DNA of 51,124 nucleotides, taken from the IMG/VR virus record IMGVR_UViG_3300044703_000055, positions 1-51,124 of that record. One strand, given 5' to 3'. Each line of letters opens with the position of its first letter. Positions within the stretch are counted from its first letter, which is position 1. A program made the translations under genes and the position numbers. Source of the DNA: a virus (taxonomy: Duplodnaviria > Caudoviricetes). This document shows, one piece after another, positions 28,669 through 39,034 of this stretch. Below the pieces are notes generated by a model, which had not been told where the DNA came from, did not search any database, and saw nothing but the letters and a program-made list of their open reading frames with translations.

Positions 28669-30357
28669 ATGGGACTTTTCAATTCAGCAGGAGATCAGAC
28701 ACTTTCGATAATCATCAAGGCCAAGGATGAGGCAAGCGCCACATTCAAGGCCGTGCAGGGCAACGTAGAGAAGATGACCGGCGGCTTCGATAACGCCGTT
28801 CGTGCCTCTACCAAATTCGCTGTCGGTCTCGCAGCGGTCGGAACCGCGGCTGTGGCCTTTGGCTACAAGGCTGTGGAGGCAGCAGCCGAAGCCGAAAAGC
28901 AAATGGCTGAATTCGGGGCTACGCTGGCCACCATGGGGCCTAAGGGCGTGGCCGCGCGGGAACGCATCCTTGCGGCTGCCAAGGCGGCCGTACAGCTCGG
29001 TTTCGACGACGAGACGGCCGCTAATTCGATTGCGCAGCTCTTCCAGCGCACGGGTGACCTGGACGAAGCCTTGCGGCTCAACGGCCTCGCTATGGACCTC
29101 TCGCGCGCGAAATCCATAGACCTCTCGGAAGCCAACAAGATGATCGCGCTTGTCATGAGCGGCAATGCGCGCGCCTTGAAGATGTACGGCATCGAGATTG
29201 ACGACACGCTTGGGCCTATGGAGGCGTTGGGCCAGTTGCAGGAGAAGGTCGCAGGCCAGGCGCAGGGGTTCGCGAGCACCTTCCAAGGCCAGATGTCGGT
29301 CTTCAAAATCGAGTGGCAGAACTTCCTCGAAATCGTCGGAGCGAAGCTACTGCCGGTCCTGACCGCTGCCCTACGCGCGATCATTCCCGTTGTCGAAAAG
29401 CTAATGGCATGGGCGGACAATACAGCCGCGCTTGTGCGCTGGCTCGAACAGCACCGGACCATCATGCTCTTGGTAGCTGGCGCTATCATGGGCGCCCTCA
29501 TACCCGCATTCATTGCCCTCGCGGCCGTTATCCTCACGACGGTCATCCCGGCCATTGTTGCGGCTGCTATCGCGCTCGCACCATTCGTCATCGGAGGCGT
29601 CATCATCGCCGGCATCGTCGCGGGCGTACTCTGGGTCATTCAGCACTGGGACATGATCCGGCAGAAGGCTGAGGAGGTATGGACCGCGGTCGCGACGGCC
29701 ATCACGACAGCATGGCAGACCATCACGAGTGCAATCGGCACATACTTGACGTTCATCATCGGAGCGATCGGCATGTTCCTCGATTGGGTGTTTCCCAATT
29801 GGGACAAGACGCTGCAGTTGGTGTTCACCGTCTGGGTCAAGACGTGGGAGCTGATCCTCGACTATGGCAGGACGGCGCTCGCAGCGATAAGCGCCGTATG
29901 GAACGAGGTGTGGGGCGCGATGCGCGACTTCTTTGTCGCCATATGGGAGTCCGTCAAAGAGGCATTCTCCGGCGTCATTGGCTACATCGTCGGGGAAATT
30001 CAGCGGGTCATAGACCTGTACAACTCGATGAAGGCACTGCTTTCCAAGCCTATCAGCATCGTCAAAAACGCCGCGACGACATTTGTCGAGAGCGCGGTGA
30101 ACAGGGGCAATAAGCTGCTCAGCTTCGACAAGGGCGGCACCGTGCCCGGCCCCGAAGGATCACCCGTGCCAATCATTGCGCACGGCCAAGAAACCATTCT
30201 CCGGCCGGGCGAGCGCGGGAATTCCGGCGGGAACACCTACTCGGTCGTTATCAATAACCCCGTAATCCGTTCACGCGAGGACGCAAATTACCTGCGCATG
30301 CAAATCGAAGAAGCACTCCGGGATGTCACACGCGGACACAAGCTCGCCACCATTTAG
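28669..30357 (+). CDS. Tape measure protein
   Basis: LSIIIKAKDEAS N-terminus, hydrophobic core, Trp-periodic repeats, FDKGGTVPG...PIIAHGQE C-terminus. Confidence 0.9.
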   Translation: MGLFNSAGDQTLSIIIKAKDEASATFKAVQGNVEKMTGGFDNAVRASTKFAVGLAAVGTAAVAFGYKAVEAAAEAEKQMAEFGATLATMGPKGVAARERILAAAKAAVQLGFDDETAANSIAQLFQRTGDLDEALRLNGLAMDLSRAKSIDLSEANKMIALVMSGNARALKMYGIEIDDTLGPMEALGQLQEKVAGQAQGFASTFQGQMSVFKIEWQNFLEIVGAKLLPVLTAALRAIIPVVEKLMAWADNTAALVRWLEQHRTIMLLVAGAIMGALIPAFIALAAVILTTVIPAIVAAAIALAPFVIGGVIIAGIVAGVLWVIQHWDMIRQKAEEVWTAVATAITTAWQTITSAIGTYLTFIIGAIGMFLDWVFPNWDKTLQLVFTVWVKTWELILDYGRTALAAISAVWNEVWGAMRDFFVAIWESVKEAFSGVIGYIVGEIQRVIDLYNSMKALLSKPISIVKNAATTFVESAVNRGNKLLSFDKGGTVPGPEGSPVPIIAHGQETILRPGERGNSGGNTYSVVINNPVIRSREDANYLRMQIEEALRDVTRGHKLATI

Positions 30358-30360
30358 CGT

Positions 30361-31827
30361 ATGGCAAAGACGCTCACGATCGCGGGAAGCAACTTCTTAC
30401 CGCAGTATCAAACGAACTCCGTTCGCATTCGTGAGACGGTACAAAATAAATCCGGCGTGATGCAGCTCACCGTTAACGTCAAACCCGGACAGTCTGCCCC
30501 GACCGAAGGATCAGAGATCGTCTATAAGGACGCCACGCGCTTTCTCTTTGGCGGGTATATTTCCAAAGTGTCTTCGGACGAACTCGGCAAGGGCGGCTTT
30601 TTCATCTACCACGTCGAGGCCAGCGATTACAGCTACATTTTCAACAACAAGATCGCACGGCGGGCATACACGAACCAGACGCTTGCCGACATCGTTACGG
30701 ATCTTATGGGTACGTACGTGGATACCGCCTATGGCTTTGATCTGACGAACGTCGCGACCGGCCCGACAATCCCGAGCATCACCTTCGACCACATCAGCAT
30801 CCGAAAATGCTTCGAGAAGCTTCAAAAGCTCACCGGATATGTGTGGTACGTGGACTACCAGAAGAAGCTTTACTTCAAGCAGCCGACCGCGACAGCCGCG
30901 CCGGAGAGCATCACCGACTCATCGACGAATTTCGAGGACATATCGATCGAGTACGATACTTCGCAAGTGCGTAATTCCGTCATTGTCATCGGCTCCGAAG
31001 ACGGAGAGGAATCGGCGACCACCGTTTCCCAGACATTCACCGGAGACGGCGCAACGCGCGCGTGGGAGCTGGAGGATAAGCCATCGACCGTTTCGTCCAT
31101 CAAGCTCAATGGTGTGAGCAAGCAGTTTTCACTCGACGTCAATGAGCGCGACACAGATGTGTTCGTGTACTCTTTCGAGGCCATGAGCTTTCGCCTGACG
31201 AGTGGCGCAGCAACTCCGGCTATTGGTGACTCAATCGTCATTACATACTACCCGCGCGTACCCATCATCGTTCAACGCACCGATGCAGCGAGCATCGCCT
31301 ATTTCGCAGCCAAAGACGGAGGCGATGGTGTGTACGAGCATACGGTTAAGGACAGCGCGATCGGCTCGAAGGCCGAGGCAGCAGCGCGTGCGCTCCAGGA
31401 GCTGGAAGAATTCTCGATGGCTCTAGTAAACGGGCAATTCACAACCCGTACGTCGCTTCTCACGGCAGGATCAATCTTTCAGCCAGGCCAATATGTCGTC
31501 GTGAATTTACCCACTTACGGCATCAGCTCCGATACGGCATTCCTTGTCCAAGAAGTCGAGATCAGCGTCACCGAAAACAGCACCACGACGGAGTACACCT
31601 ATCGCGTCCGGTTCGGCGGCAAAATGGTGGGCGTCCGGGAATTTCTCGAAAGCCTCGCCTCAGAAACTGCAGAAGTGAAAGACGCCACGCTCATCCTTAC
31701 CATAGAGCAGATAACGGATGCGGCGGCGGTCAGCGATGGCACGCCCACTCGCACGCTCACAACACCGCCATTCAAATGGGGTGTCGGTTCTCCCCAACTG
31801 GTTTGGAACAAGGGGGAGTGGTCGTAG
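30361..31827 (+). CDS. Tail tip/hub protein
   Basis: Follows tape measure; LFGGYI, YVWYVDYQKKLYF, VRNSVIVIG. Confidence 0.7.
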   Translation: MAKTLTIAGSNFLPQYQTNSVRIRETVQNKSGVMQLTVNVKPGQSAPTEGSEIVYKDATRFLFGGYISKVSSDELGKGGFFIYHVEASDYSYIFNNKIARRAYTNQTLADIVTDLMGTYVDTAYGFDLTNVATGPTIPSITFDHISIRKCFEKLQKLTGYVWYVDYQKKLYFKQPTATAAPESITDSSTNFEDISIEYDTSQVRNSVIVIGSEDGEESATTVSQTFTGDGATRAWELEDKPSTVSSIKLNGVSKQFSLDVNERDTDVFVYSFEAMSFRLTSGAATPAIGDSIVITYYPRVPIIVQRTDAASIAYFAAKDGGDGVYEHTVKDSAIGSKAEAAARALQELEEFSMALVNGQFTTRTSLLTAGSIFQPGQYVVVNLPTYGISSDTAFLVQEVEISVTENSTTTEYTYRVRFGGKMVGVREFLESLASETAEVKDATLILTIEQITDAAAVSDGTPTRTLTTPPFKWGVGSPQLVWNKGEWS

Positions 31828-31839
31828 TATCATTTGTAT

Positions 31840-32403
31840 ATGGACACTTGCCGTGGTGTAGATCGGAGCACCGTACAGGGGATTGTAACTTTTCAGAATT
31901 TTGAGCTGTCGAATCCCCGCGCTCAGCAAATCGATCAAATCCTTACGTATACGTCTTCCCATCGAGAAATGTACGCTTTATTGGCAGAACTGAAACAGCT
32001 CTGCGTTCCTCGTACGTTAGTCGTGAGCAATCAGGTCGTCCTGGCCGCCCGCAGTGAGCTGGCAAAACGCCTCGTTGGATCTCCGGCGTATACCGGGACG
32101 ATCAATTACGGAGCACTCGGGACCGGCGTTACTGCCATCGCTGACGCCAACACGCAGCTCGCAACGGAGGTTGCGCGCGTACTGGTCGCAACGGCCACAC
32201 AGACCAACGACCAAGCGGCAATAGACTTCTACTTCAGCAAATCCAGCACGAACGGCACCTACCAAGAATTCGGCACATTCATTGACGGCACCGGATCGGC
32301 GAACAGCGGACTTCTCTTTAATCGAGCACTAACCGGCGGCTGGACCAAATCCAGTCTCGAAGCGATGACCGTGAGCGTACAGCTCACCTTCTCCGTTGCG
32401 TAA
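31840..32403 (+). CDS. Tail fibre-anchor-like protein
   Basis: NQVVLAAR...YGALGTGVTAIADANTQLATEVAR...EFGTF...LLFNR. Confidence 0.7.
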   Translation: MDTCRGVDRSTVQGIVTFQNFELSNPRAQQIDQILTYTSSHREMYALLAELKQLCVPRTLVVSNQVVLAARSELAKRLVGSPAYTGTINYGALGTGVTAIADANTQLATEVARVLVATATQTNDQAAIDFYFSKSSTNGTYQEFGTFIDGTGSANSGLLFNRALTGGWTKSSLEAMTVSVQLTFSVA

Positions 32404-32408
32404 TTTTT

Positions 32409-32933
32409 ATGGCTATCACTGCGGGAAGTAACGCGAACGCCAGCGATTTTGTTTCGACTTCGGCCGGAGCTGGCGACAGCGGCAAGGTCGCGAAGCTGAA
32501 TGCGAGCGGCAAGTTCGACAAAACCTTTCCGTCGCGTTGGGGCTGTAGAGTGAAATCAGCAGCGGGGCAAAGCTATAGCACAGGAACGACCATCGCATTT
32601 GGCGCAGAAGATTTCGACGACGACACGATGCACGATAACGTAACGAACAATACGCGCATCACGATAAAGACACCGGGCACGTACATGATCGGCGCGAACG
32701 TGGCCGGGAGCGCCACCACTTCAACGCTCGGCGTGAAGCTTCAGCTAAACGGAACCACGATGATTGCAAGCGGCGGAGGCGGTTATGCGAACAACGGCGG
32801 CTCGTCGGTCGTCACCGTACGCACCTTTGCCTTGAACGACTACATCGAAGTGATCGCATACGCAAACAGCGCGAACAACTCGTCTGCGGATGAATCGACG
32901 AACTTTTGGGCTATCCTTCTCCAGTCCACGTAG
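32409..32933 (+). CDS. Putative receptor-binding protein with C1q/TNF-like domain
   Basis: TIAFGAEDFDDDTMHD...TRITIKTPGTYMIGANV...LNDYIEV. Confidence 0.65.
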   Translation: MAITAGSNANASDFVSTSAGAGDSGKVAKLNASGKFDKTFPSRWGCRVKSAAGQSYSTGTTIAFGAEDFDDDTMHDNVTNNTRITIKTPGTYMIGANVAGSATTSTLGVKLQLNGTTMIASGGGGYANNGGSSVVTVRTFALNDYIEVIAYANSANNSSADESTNFWAILLQST

Positions 32934-32941
32934 TACTGCGT

Positions 32942-33160
32942 ATGAATGAAGAACCAAAAGAGATTGTTCATTACCAGTCTGACCACGACATCTTGATCCG
33001 CTTGGACGAGCGAACCCGCAACATGGATAAGAAGGTTGACCAACTCACGAACGATCATGAAAGCCGTTTGCGGTCCCTAGAGCGAGCACGGTGGATAGTG
33101 GGCGGTGCCGCTTCTGTGGTTGGTATAATTGGAGGGTACGTGATCCAGTTTTTCACATGA
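32942..33160 (+). CDS. Coiled-coil plus C-terminal TM protein (XhlA/holin-like)
   Basis: LIRLDERT...HESRLRSLERARWIVGGAASVVGIIGGYVI. Confidence 0.65.
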   Translation: MNEEPKEIVHYQSDHDILIRLDERTRNMDKKVDQLTNDHESRLRSLERARWIVGGAASVVGIIGGYVIQFFT

Positions 33161-33173
33161 TCACAACTCGAAT

Positions 33174-34107
33174 ATGAGACTTCTTATTTTGCTTGACAAG
33201 GATACGACCGCTCGCAAGCAAGAGGTCGAGAACGCGCTGTTGAAAATCAAGGACGACTACGCTACGGGAAATGTCCCCGTCACCTGGGAATACGAACTGC
33301 GCGACTTTTCGCAACTCACCTGGGTGGAGTACCTGCCGCAATCGCTCGGGATATCATACGATATCGTCAACAAGGACATCGCCGCTATCTACCTGCGCGA
33401 CGGCGAGAAATGGGACCAACATCATCTACGTTGTCGATCCTTCGCACTGGAAGGCGGACGGGATCGGAGGATGGAATCTTGGCGCGCCGCGCAAGGGCTA
33501 TACCATTCAGGAAATCATCGCCTCCCTGAACCCGTCATGGCTGTACAAGATTTTCGCGATGGAAATCGCCCATAGCTGGAACGACATCTGCATTCAGGAA
33601 ATAAACGACAACCTGCTATCGACCTTCGGGGTATGGGACTTTGATAATCAAGTCATCCACGGCGTCGATACGCGGTACGGACAAAATGTACCGCCGAACG
33701 CCCCCATGACGGGGTACTATACCGACTACAATTACCGGCCGATGATCGCCATCGCCAAGGTTAAGCTCGCCCTCGCCTACAAAACTCGCAAGGACCGCTT
33801 CGAGCATACGGCGTACAAGTTCGGACGCGACCTTTACTATGGGAAATCAGGCAGCGACGTGATCGAGCTTCAGAGGCGATTTAAGCGCGAAGGGCTGGCA
33901 ACCTACGAGCCCACGGGATATTTTGGCAATCTCACGAAAGCATCGGCCATCGCGTACCAGAAACTCCACAACATCACGCCGTCGCTCGGATTTGTCGGGC
34001 CAAAGACGCGACTGGTTCTCAACGGATCTTCGGTCACTCCCACGCCGAAGGCTCCGGATGCGGAGGTCGAAGCCATACTCCTTTCGGAGCTGGCCATGTG
34101 GGATTAG
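33174..34107 (+). pseudogene. Putative endolysin (zincin-like plus PG-binding domain), frameshifted near 33417
   Basis: TGG GAC C AAC ATC: removing one C joins the two ORFs; C-terminal DLYYGKSGSDVIELQ...TGYFGNLTKASAIAYQ...GFVGPKTR PG-binding motif. Confidence 0.7.
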
Positions 34108-34210
34108 GTCGGTCCTAGCGCTCTCTCCCCTTTGCGCACTCATAGGCGCTTCGACAAAGAGGGAGAGCGGTGGGTCAAACCACCACTTATAAACTAGCAA
34201 CTGAAATTAT

Positions 34211-34498
34211 ATGGATTTCATTAATTGGCTTATTACGTCATCGGCGGATGCGGAGAAGACATCGCTCGCCCTGAAGGGCGCCCTCACGCTCGGCGCAGCC
34301 TGGTTCTTACACGCGGCGACCCTCGCATGCGGCCTTGGATTGTATTGCATCGGCATTGATGCGGACTTTGTAAATCAAGCCGTGGGATCGATCACCAATA
34401 TCGCCTATTGGGCCTTACTCATCATCGGCGAATTCGCGACGGTGTATGGGCTCATTCGCAAGATCCACCTTCGCCGTTGGAGTGCGAGCAGTCTATGA
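34211..34498 (+). CDS. Holin-like membrane protein
   Basis: Two hydrophobic segments, basic C-terminus; follows endolysin. Confidence 0.65.
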   Translation: MDFINWLITSSADAEKTSLALKGALTLGAAWFLHAATLACGLGLYCIGIDADFVNQAVGSITNIAYWALLIIGEFATVYGLIRKIHLRRWSASSL

Positions 34499-34726
34499 AC
34501 TGGCTGCCGCACTGCCTGATCGTCCTTGCGGCCTCAATTATCGTCCTAACCGCGACCGCCACGGCGTGAACGAACGCACGCACAGGGATCGGTTACAACG
34601 CCTATGCCCTATCCGTGAAGGCGGCGTACCAGGCGCCTATTCAGATGCTCTTTGGGATCCATTCGAGGCTTGGCAAATATATCACGCGGTCTATAAAATT
34701 CCGATCGTGAAATTCAACACTTGGTT

Positions 34727-36565
34727 TCAGGGGAGCATCCGAGCAACTCGAAACCCGACATCGTCCACACGATCTTCGGCGCTACCATCATGGCGCACTT
34801 TAGTAATATGTGGAGGCATGCGGAATGAGCCCCCTCGGCGCATTCGCTTGGTGCAGTCTCCAGTTAGCCAGGCCGAGCCATCCGTCGGAGCGCCGTCATA
34901 ATTCTTGTTCCCGCAGTGCTCTGTGATTTCCCAAGTATTGCCGTACATATCATAAAGGCCGAACCCGTTGGCCGAGAAGCTACCGATCGGCGATGTATAC
35001 TCAAATCCATCCCGGCGAAACTTTGCCGGATTTCCCTCAGAATCTTTCATTTGTCCGAAAATCGCTTTGGCTCGGCCGTAGTTCGCCGCCTCATCAAAAG
35101 TGTTGCCGTGTGAACAGATTTTCTCCCAAATTTCCGCATAGCTATCACCAAAGGAAACTCTAGTTTGTGCTCCGGCACGAGCTGCATACTCCCATTCGGC
35201 CTCGCTTAAAAGGCGGTACTGTTTCCCGGATTTCCTCTCTAGCCAAGCCGCATATGCCTTGGCATCGTACCAATTGATGCAAGCTACGGGATGTGATCCG
35301 CGGTGTGGATAGCCAGGACTCCGCCAGGAATGCCCAGTTTTCTCAAACCACGGTAGCATGCTAGTTTCGGGTTTTTCCTGCTTATGCGCGTCGTACATCA
35401 CCGCATCGAAGACAAAGCACTTACCGCCAGGATTATACCCAGTTTCTGTGACAAATGCGGCAAATTGATCGACTGTTATTTCGAAGCGACCTACTGCAAA
35501 CGATTTGGGTATAGTAACTCGATGCTGGGGAATGTGGGCATCGTCTTCGCTCCACCCATTGCGGTCAACGGCAATCCCCATCAGGTATGAACCTGCTGGT
35601 AGTACTACCATCTCAGGACATTCGTCACACTCTTTGAACATGTCCCTCGGCTTAAGCGCGCGCTCTTGCGCGGCATCGAGAGGGCGATGAAAAAGGCCCA
35701 AGGCCGGTTTTGTGCTCTCTGGAGGAGCTATAGTTCCTGCCCCGAGCGGTAAGCCTGCCAAGTAAATATCATCTCCGATGATTTGATCGTAGTAAGCGGG
35801 AGACTGTTCATGTGCCACCGACTCAGCCATCTTAAACACAACGCCACGTGTTTGAGTTATTACCCCTCGTAGACCGAGACCAGGGGTCTTTAGTTTCTCC
35901 GCGAACACACGCGTGAAAACCGAGTTGGGATTGCCGTCACCTGTAATATTATCAAGCGCGATTTGACCGAGCCCCGCTGAATAGATTGAGAACACCCCTT
36001 GGGGAGGTTGGCTTGGGGACAATCCCCGTGAATCTCCCAAGCTACGGCGGTTGCCAACTTGTAGCGGATTATTACGGCAAGCGTCCAAGACAACAATTGC
36101 AACACGAGCCCCCGCTCTGGTCATACGTTCAATCACTGAGGTTTCAGCTATGGCATGTTCAGCCATGCGGCTTTCCTCCGCAGGACCACTGCCTCGGGGA
36201 GAGGGAATATCGCTCGGGAGAAGATAATTTGCTCCGTGGAATGACACGCCGTGTCCCGCGAAGAAGAACATGGCCGTATCGCCTTTCTCAATACGCCCTG
36301 CAAAAGTGGTTAGCCTGTCAAGAAATTTGGAGCGGTCAACGTTGGTATCGAAGATGATATCCTCGTTACGGAACCCGATGCCCCTCAACGTGTCTTTTAT
36401 TAAACGCGCATCATTGATCGCATTATAGAGCTGCCCGCCGGCTATATTGGCGTAGCTATTAACCCCGATCACTAGCGCGACGCGCTTTTCGGCGAACGCT
36501 GGGGAATTGAAAGCAGCAGCTACGAATAGGCCAGCCAATGCTACGAATGCCCTTAGTGTGCGCAT
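34727..36565 (-). CDS. Secreted caspase-like (C14) peptidase fused to FGE-sulfatase/SUMF1 domain
   Basis: Signal peptide, KRVALVIG, FFAGHG, LDACRNNP; CPEMVVLPAG, YRLLSEAEWEYAARAG, RGGS...GFRVAR. Confidence 0.9.
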   Translation of the reverse strand: MRTLRAFVALAGLFVAAAFNSPAFAEKRVALVIGVNSYANIAGGQLYNAINDARLIKDTLRGIGFRNEDIIFDTNVDRSKFLDRLTTFAGRIEKGDTAMFFFAGHGVSFHGANYLLPSDIPSPRGSGPAEESRMAEHAIAETSVIERMTRAGARVAIVVLDACRNNPLQVGNRRSLGDSRGLSPSQPPQGVFSIYSAGLGQIALDNITGDGNPNSVFTRVFAEKLKTPGLGLRGVITQTRGVVFKMAESVAHEQSPAYYDQIIGDDIYLAGLPLGAGTIAPPESTKPALGLFHRPLDAAQERALKPRDMFKECDECPEMVVLPAGSYLMGIAVDRNGWSEDDAHIPQHRVTIPKSFAVGRFEITVDQFAAFVTETGYNPGGKCFVFDAVMYDAHKQEKPETSMLPWFEKTGHSWRSPGYPHRGSHPVACINWYDAKAYAAWLERKSGKQYRLLSEAEWEYAARAGAQTRVSFGDSYAEIWEKICSHGNTFDEAANYGRAKAIFGQMKDSEGNPAKFRRDGFEYTSPIGSFSANGFGLYDMYGNTWEITEHCGNKNYDGAPTDGSAWLTGDCTKRMRRGGSFRMPPHITKVRHDGSAEDRVDDVGFRVARMLP

Positions 36566-36981
36566 CCCGATCTTCCCCAAACGACCCTCTACCTCTGGTC
36601 CCCAGAAGCTCGACAAAAGGGCTATGAATTCACCCCGCTATGCACTTCAGTCTAATCTCTCTGTGGCGATTAGAACAAGTGCTCCCTCGCACCGATCCAG
36701 ACCAGACGGCCAAGGTGTCAGGGTCGCGGACATTTTCCTTGGCTTTCGCATCTGAACCTGTACGAGAGCTTGGCTCTATGAGCTGAAGGGGAAGGGCCTG
36801 TTGTCAGACCTGACCGGGGTCAATTTCGCAGGTAAGCGAATTTAGCCGTGGCGTTGGCTGAAGAACCCAATGCTTCACTTTCGCCACACCTCCCCCTTCA
36901 ACTCAAAGAGCATTTGATTTCAGCGGCGATTTTTTTACTTCGTATATGCCGAGCCGAAGTTGCAGGGTGAACATGCAAAAA

Positions 36982-36999
36982 GCCGCGATTACTCGCGGC
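36982..36999. terminator. Hairpin, possibly bidirectional terminator
   Basis: AAAAA GCCGCGA TTAC TCGCGGC CTTTA. Confidence 0.45.
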
Positions 37000-37133
37000 C
37001 TTTATGCAGCGATCAAGCGGGAAATGTCCGACGTGCAGGCACTATCCGCTTGATACTTGATCGACTGCATACATTGTACACAATACACCCGTGAAGAGCA
37101 CGTGAAGCGGCGCAGGTGGGGATAACCGGGCGC

Positions 37134-37727
37134 CTATTTCCTCCGCCGAAATAATTTCTTCAGATCAACACCTATGCCGAACATGCCCGGCCGGATATTT
37201 ACGGCTTCCCACCAATCGAACCACGACTGTTCTTTCTTAGGCTCTTCCATTGGAAGCAATGCCATATGCGCCTCCACGAGCCGATGAATCTCCGCGTTCG
37301 CGTCCGAATGATATCCAGTCGAATTGAAAGGGTCGATCCGGTCAGGGTAGCCCTGGCCCCGTAGCGCCCTGTCGGTGTCCGTGGCGAGCGAAATGATGGA
37401 GGAGACAAATTGCCGTAGCAATTGTTCCGTTCCGGTCAGGGATGATTTTCGCAATGCAGTCGGGTAAGTTCGGGTTTTCTCATCCCAATTCTGAAAAATG
37501 TTATGAATTTTGGCGGATAGGTATCGTCCGATCGATTGCCAAAACATCGTTTGAATTTGACCCTGGAATACTATTCCGCCGGTATGAAAGCGACCACCGC
37601 GGAAGTCTTCGACCTCAACGACCCTTCCCTCTATATTTATGTTGTGCCACGGGAAGAGCCAATCATTGCTGAACCGCTGCCATTCGACGTGCAGTTCGTT
37701 TCGCAATGCCAGCTCGAATGGCGTCAT
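37134..37727 (-). CDS. Hypothetical cargo protein
   Basis: 197-aa ORF ending INIRPGMFGIGVDLKKL-type tail (VNIRPGMFGIGVDLKKL). Confidence 0.7.
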   Translation of the reverse strand: MTPFELALRNELHVEWQRFSNDWLFPWHNINIEGRVVEVEDFRGGRFHTGGIVFQGQIQTMFWQSIGRYLSAKIHNIFQNWDEKTRTYPTALRKSSLTGTEQLLRQFVSSIISLATDTDRALRGQGYPDRIDPFNSTGYHSDANAEIHRLVEAHMALLPMEEPKKEQSWFDWWEAVNIRPGMFGIGVDLKKLFRRRK

Positions 37728-38349
37728 TATCAGCTCCGGCCAGGTTCATCACATGCCCGATTGGACCATGGATTCGCCCATCGCTACACCCCTCCTTACT
37801 GTTTCCACATCACGTTTCCACAGCACACGCGCTATAAAGCGCGATATTACAACGATTCCGCCATGACTGTTGCGCGGATTAAATCCGCGACCCAAATACA
37901 TATATCCTTCGCTTGCTGTTTCCTATCGTCACAGACAAGCGACCCCGGGCGGCGGAACACAGAACACAACGTCGGACCCACAATTATCCAAAGGAAATTT
38001 CGGGCCTCCGGTGTTCTGTGCCGCCTTCGGGGACCGGATATGTATTTGGGTCGCGGCTGTAAGCCAGCGACAACAGTCAGGCGGACAGTCCCAACAACGC
38101 CCAGTCTATTGGGACAACGCTCTTACCAATCCCCAATTCGTGCCTTAAGTTGGGATCACGGAGCCAAAACCCGTCTGCGTCGATAAAGGAGCATTCCTTG
38201 CGGGCTATCGAACGTCGTCGCTAGCGCTCCGCCGTCACGATAGTCCGCGGAACGTCCTTTAATGCCGACAGCGGGTTTTGGCTCAACCACGCCATATTTT
38301 GTCCGAGACGCATACTTCACAGCACGAATGCAGATGCGAAAATGTACGC

Positions 38350-38511
38350 ATGGAAAATATAAACGAATTGTGGGACGTAATTACCAACGTGCTCGGCAGC
38401 GAAACATCCCGCTGCCTCGATAATGTAGAAGATCGCGCAGCAGTGCGGGACCATCTATTGGCAACGCTTACCCAGACGTTTGATTGGCGACCTGCTAGGA
38501 AGACGGATTAA
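38350..38511 (+). CDS. Small hypothetical protein
   Basis: MENINELWDVITNVL...; directly before GIY-YIG gene. Confidence 0.4.
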   Translation: MENINELWDVITNVLGSETSRCLDNVEDRAAVRDHLLATLTQTFDWRPARKTD

Positions 38512-38529
38512 AGGATCGGGATCGATTCA

Positions 38530-38922
38530 ATGCCAAAGCCAGGCGAACCGAAAGTAATCAGGAAGCTACTGAGGAAGCTTCGAGCTGCCCCGCTAACCCC
38601 CTTCCCGCCCCCACGGAAGTCCGTTGAAGCGCCTAACGAGCATGGCGTTTACATCATTTATTCTCCGAGGAGACGCGAAGTCCTGCACGTCGGACGAACC
38701 TACCGTGGTGCAGGCGGACTGCGCAAACGACTGCAAAATCATCTTCATGGCGCGTCATCATTCACACATACATACCTTGAGGGTCATGGTGCCATTTTGC
38801 GAAAGGGATATGCGTTTCGTTGTCTGGCTGTGAAGCGAAGCAGGCAACGCGCCCTCTTGGAGCTTTACGCAACCGGCGTTCTCTGTCCTGCGCATCTCGG
38901 CACCCACGTCGGGGATGAGTAG
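38530..38922 (+). CDS. GIY-YIG nuclease-like protein
   Basis: HGVYIIY...VLHVGRT...LRKRLQNH...LLE. Confidence 0.72.
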   Translation: MPKPGEPKVIRKLLRKLRAAPLTPFPPPRKSVEAPNEHGVYIIYSPRRREVLHVGRTYRGAGGLRKRLQNHLHGASSFTHTYLEGHGAILRKGYAFRCLAVKRSRQRALLELYATGVLCPAHLGTHVGDE

Positions 38923-39034
38923 CAACCACGTGCGATAATTTGGGTGGGCAGCTCTGTTTTCGCGGCTGGCGAATCCCGCACGCAGATTCTGTCGGTGATG
39001 CGGAATAAATACGTGCCGCGATCTGCCAGCCCAT

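Noticed and set aside
12614-34498. Alternative genetic code (stop reassignment)
   Set aside because: Genes are full length under code 11; breaks are frameshifts, not in-frame stops
34727-34900. Diversity-generating retroelement targeting the FGE C-terminus
   Set aside because: No reverse transcriptase and no second copy (template repeat) of this region seen in the window
37536-38186. 216-aa plus-strand ORF
   Set aside because: Overlaps 37134-37727 antisense, TTG start, no motif
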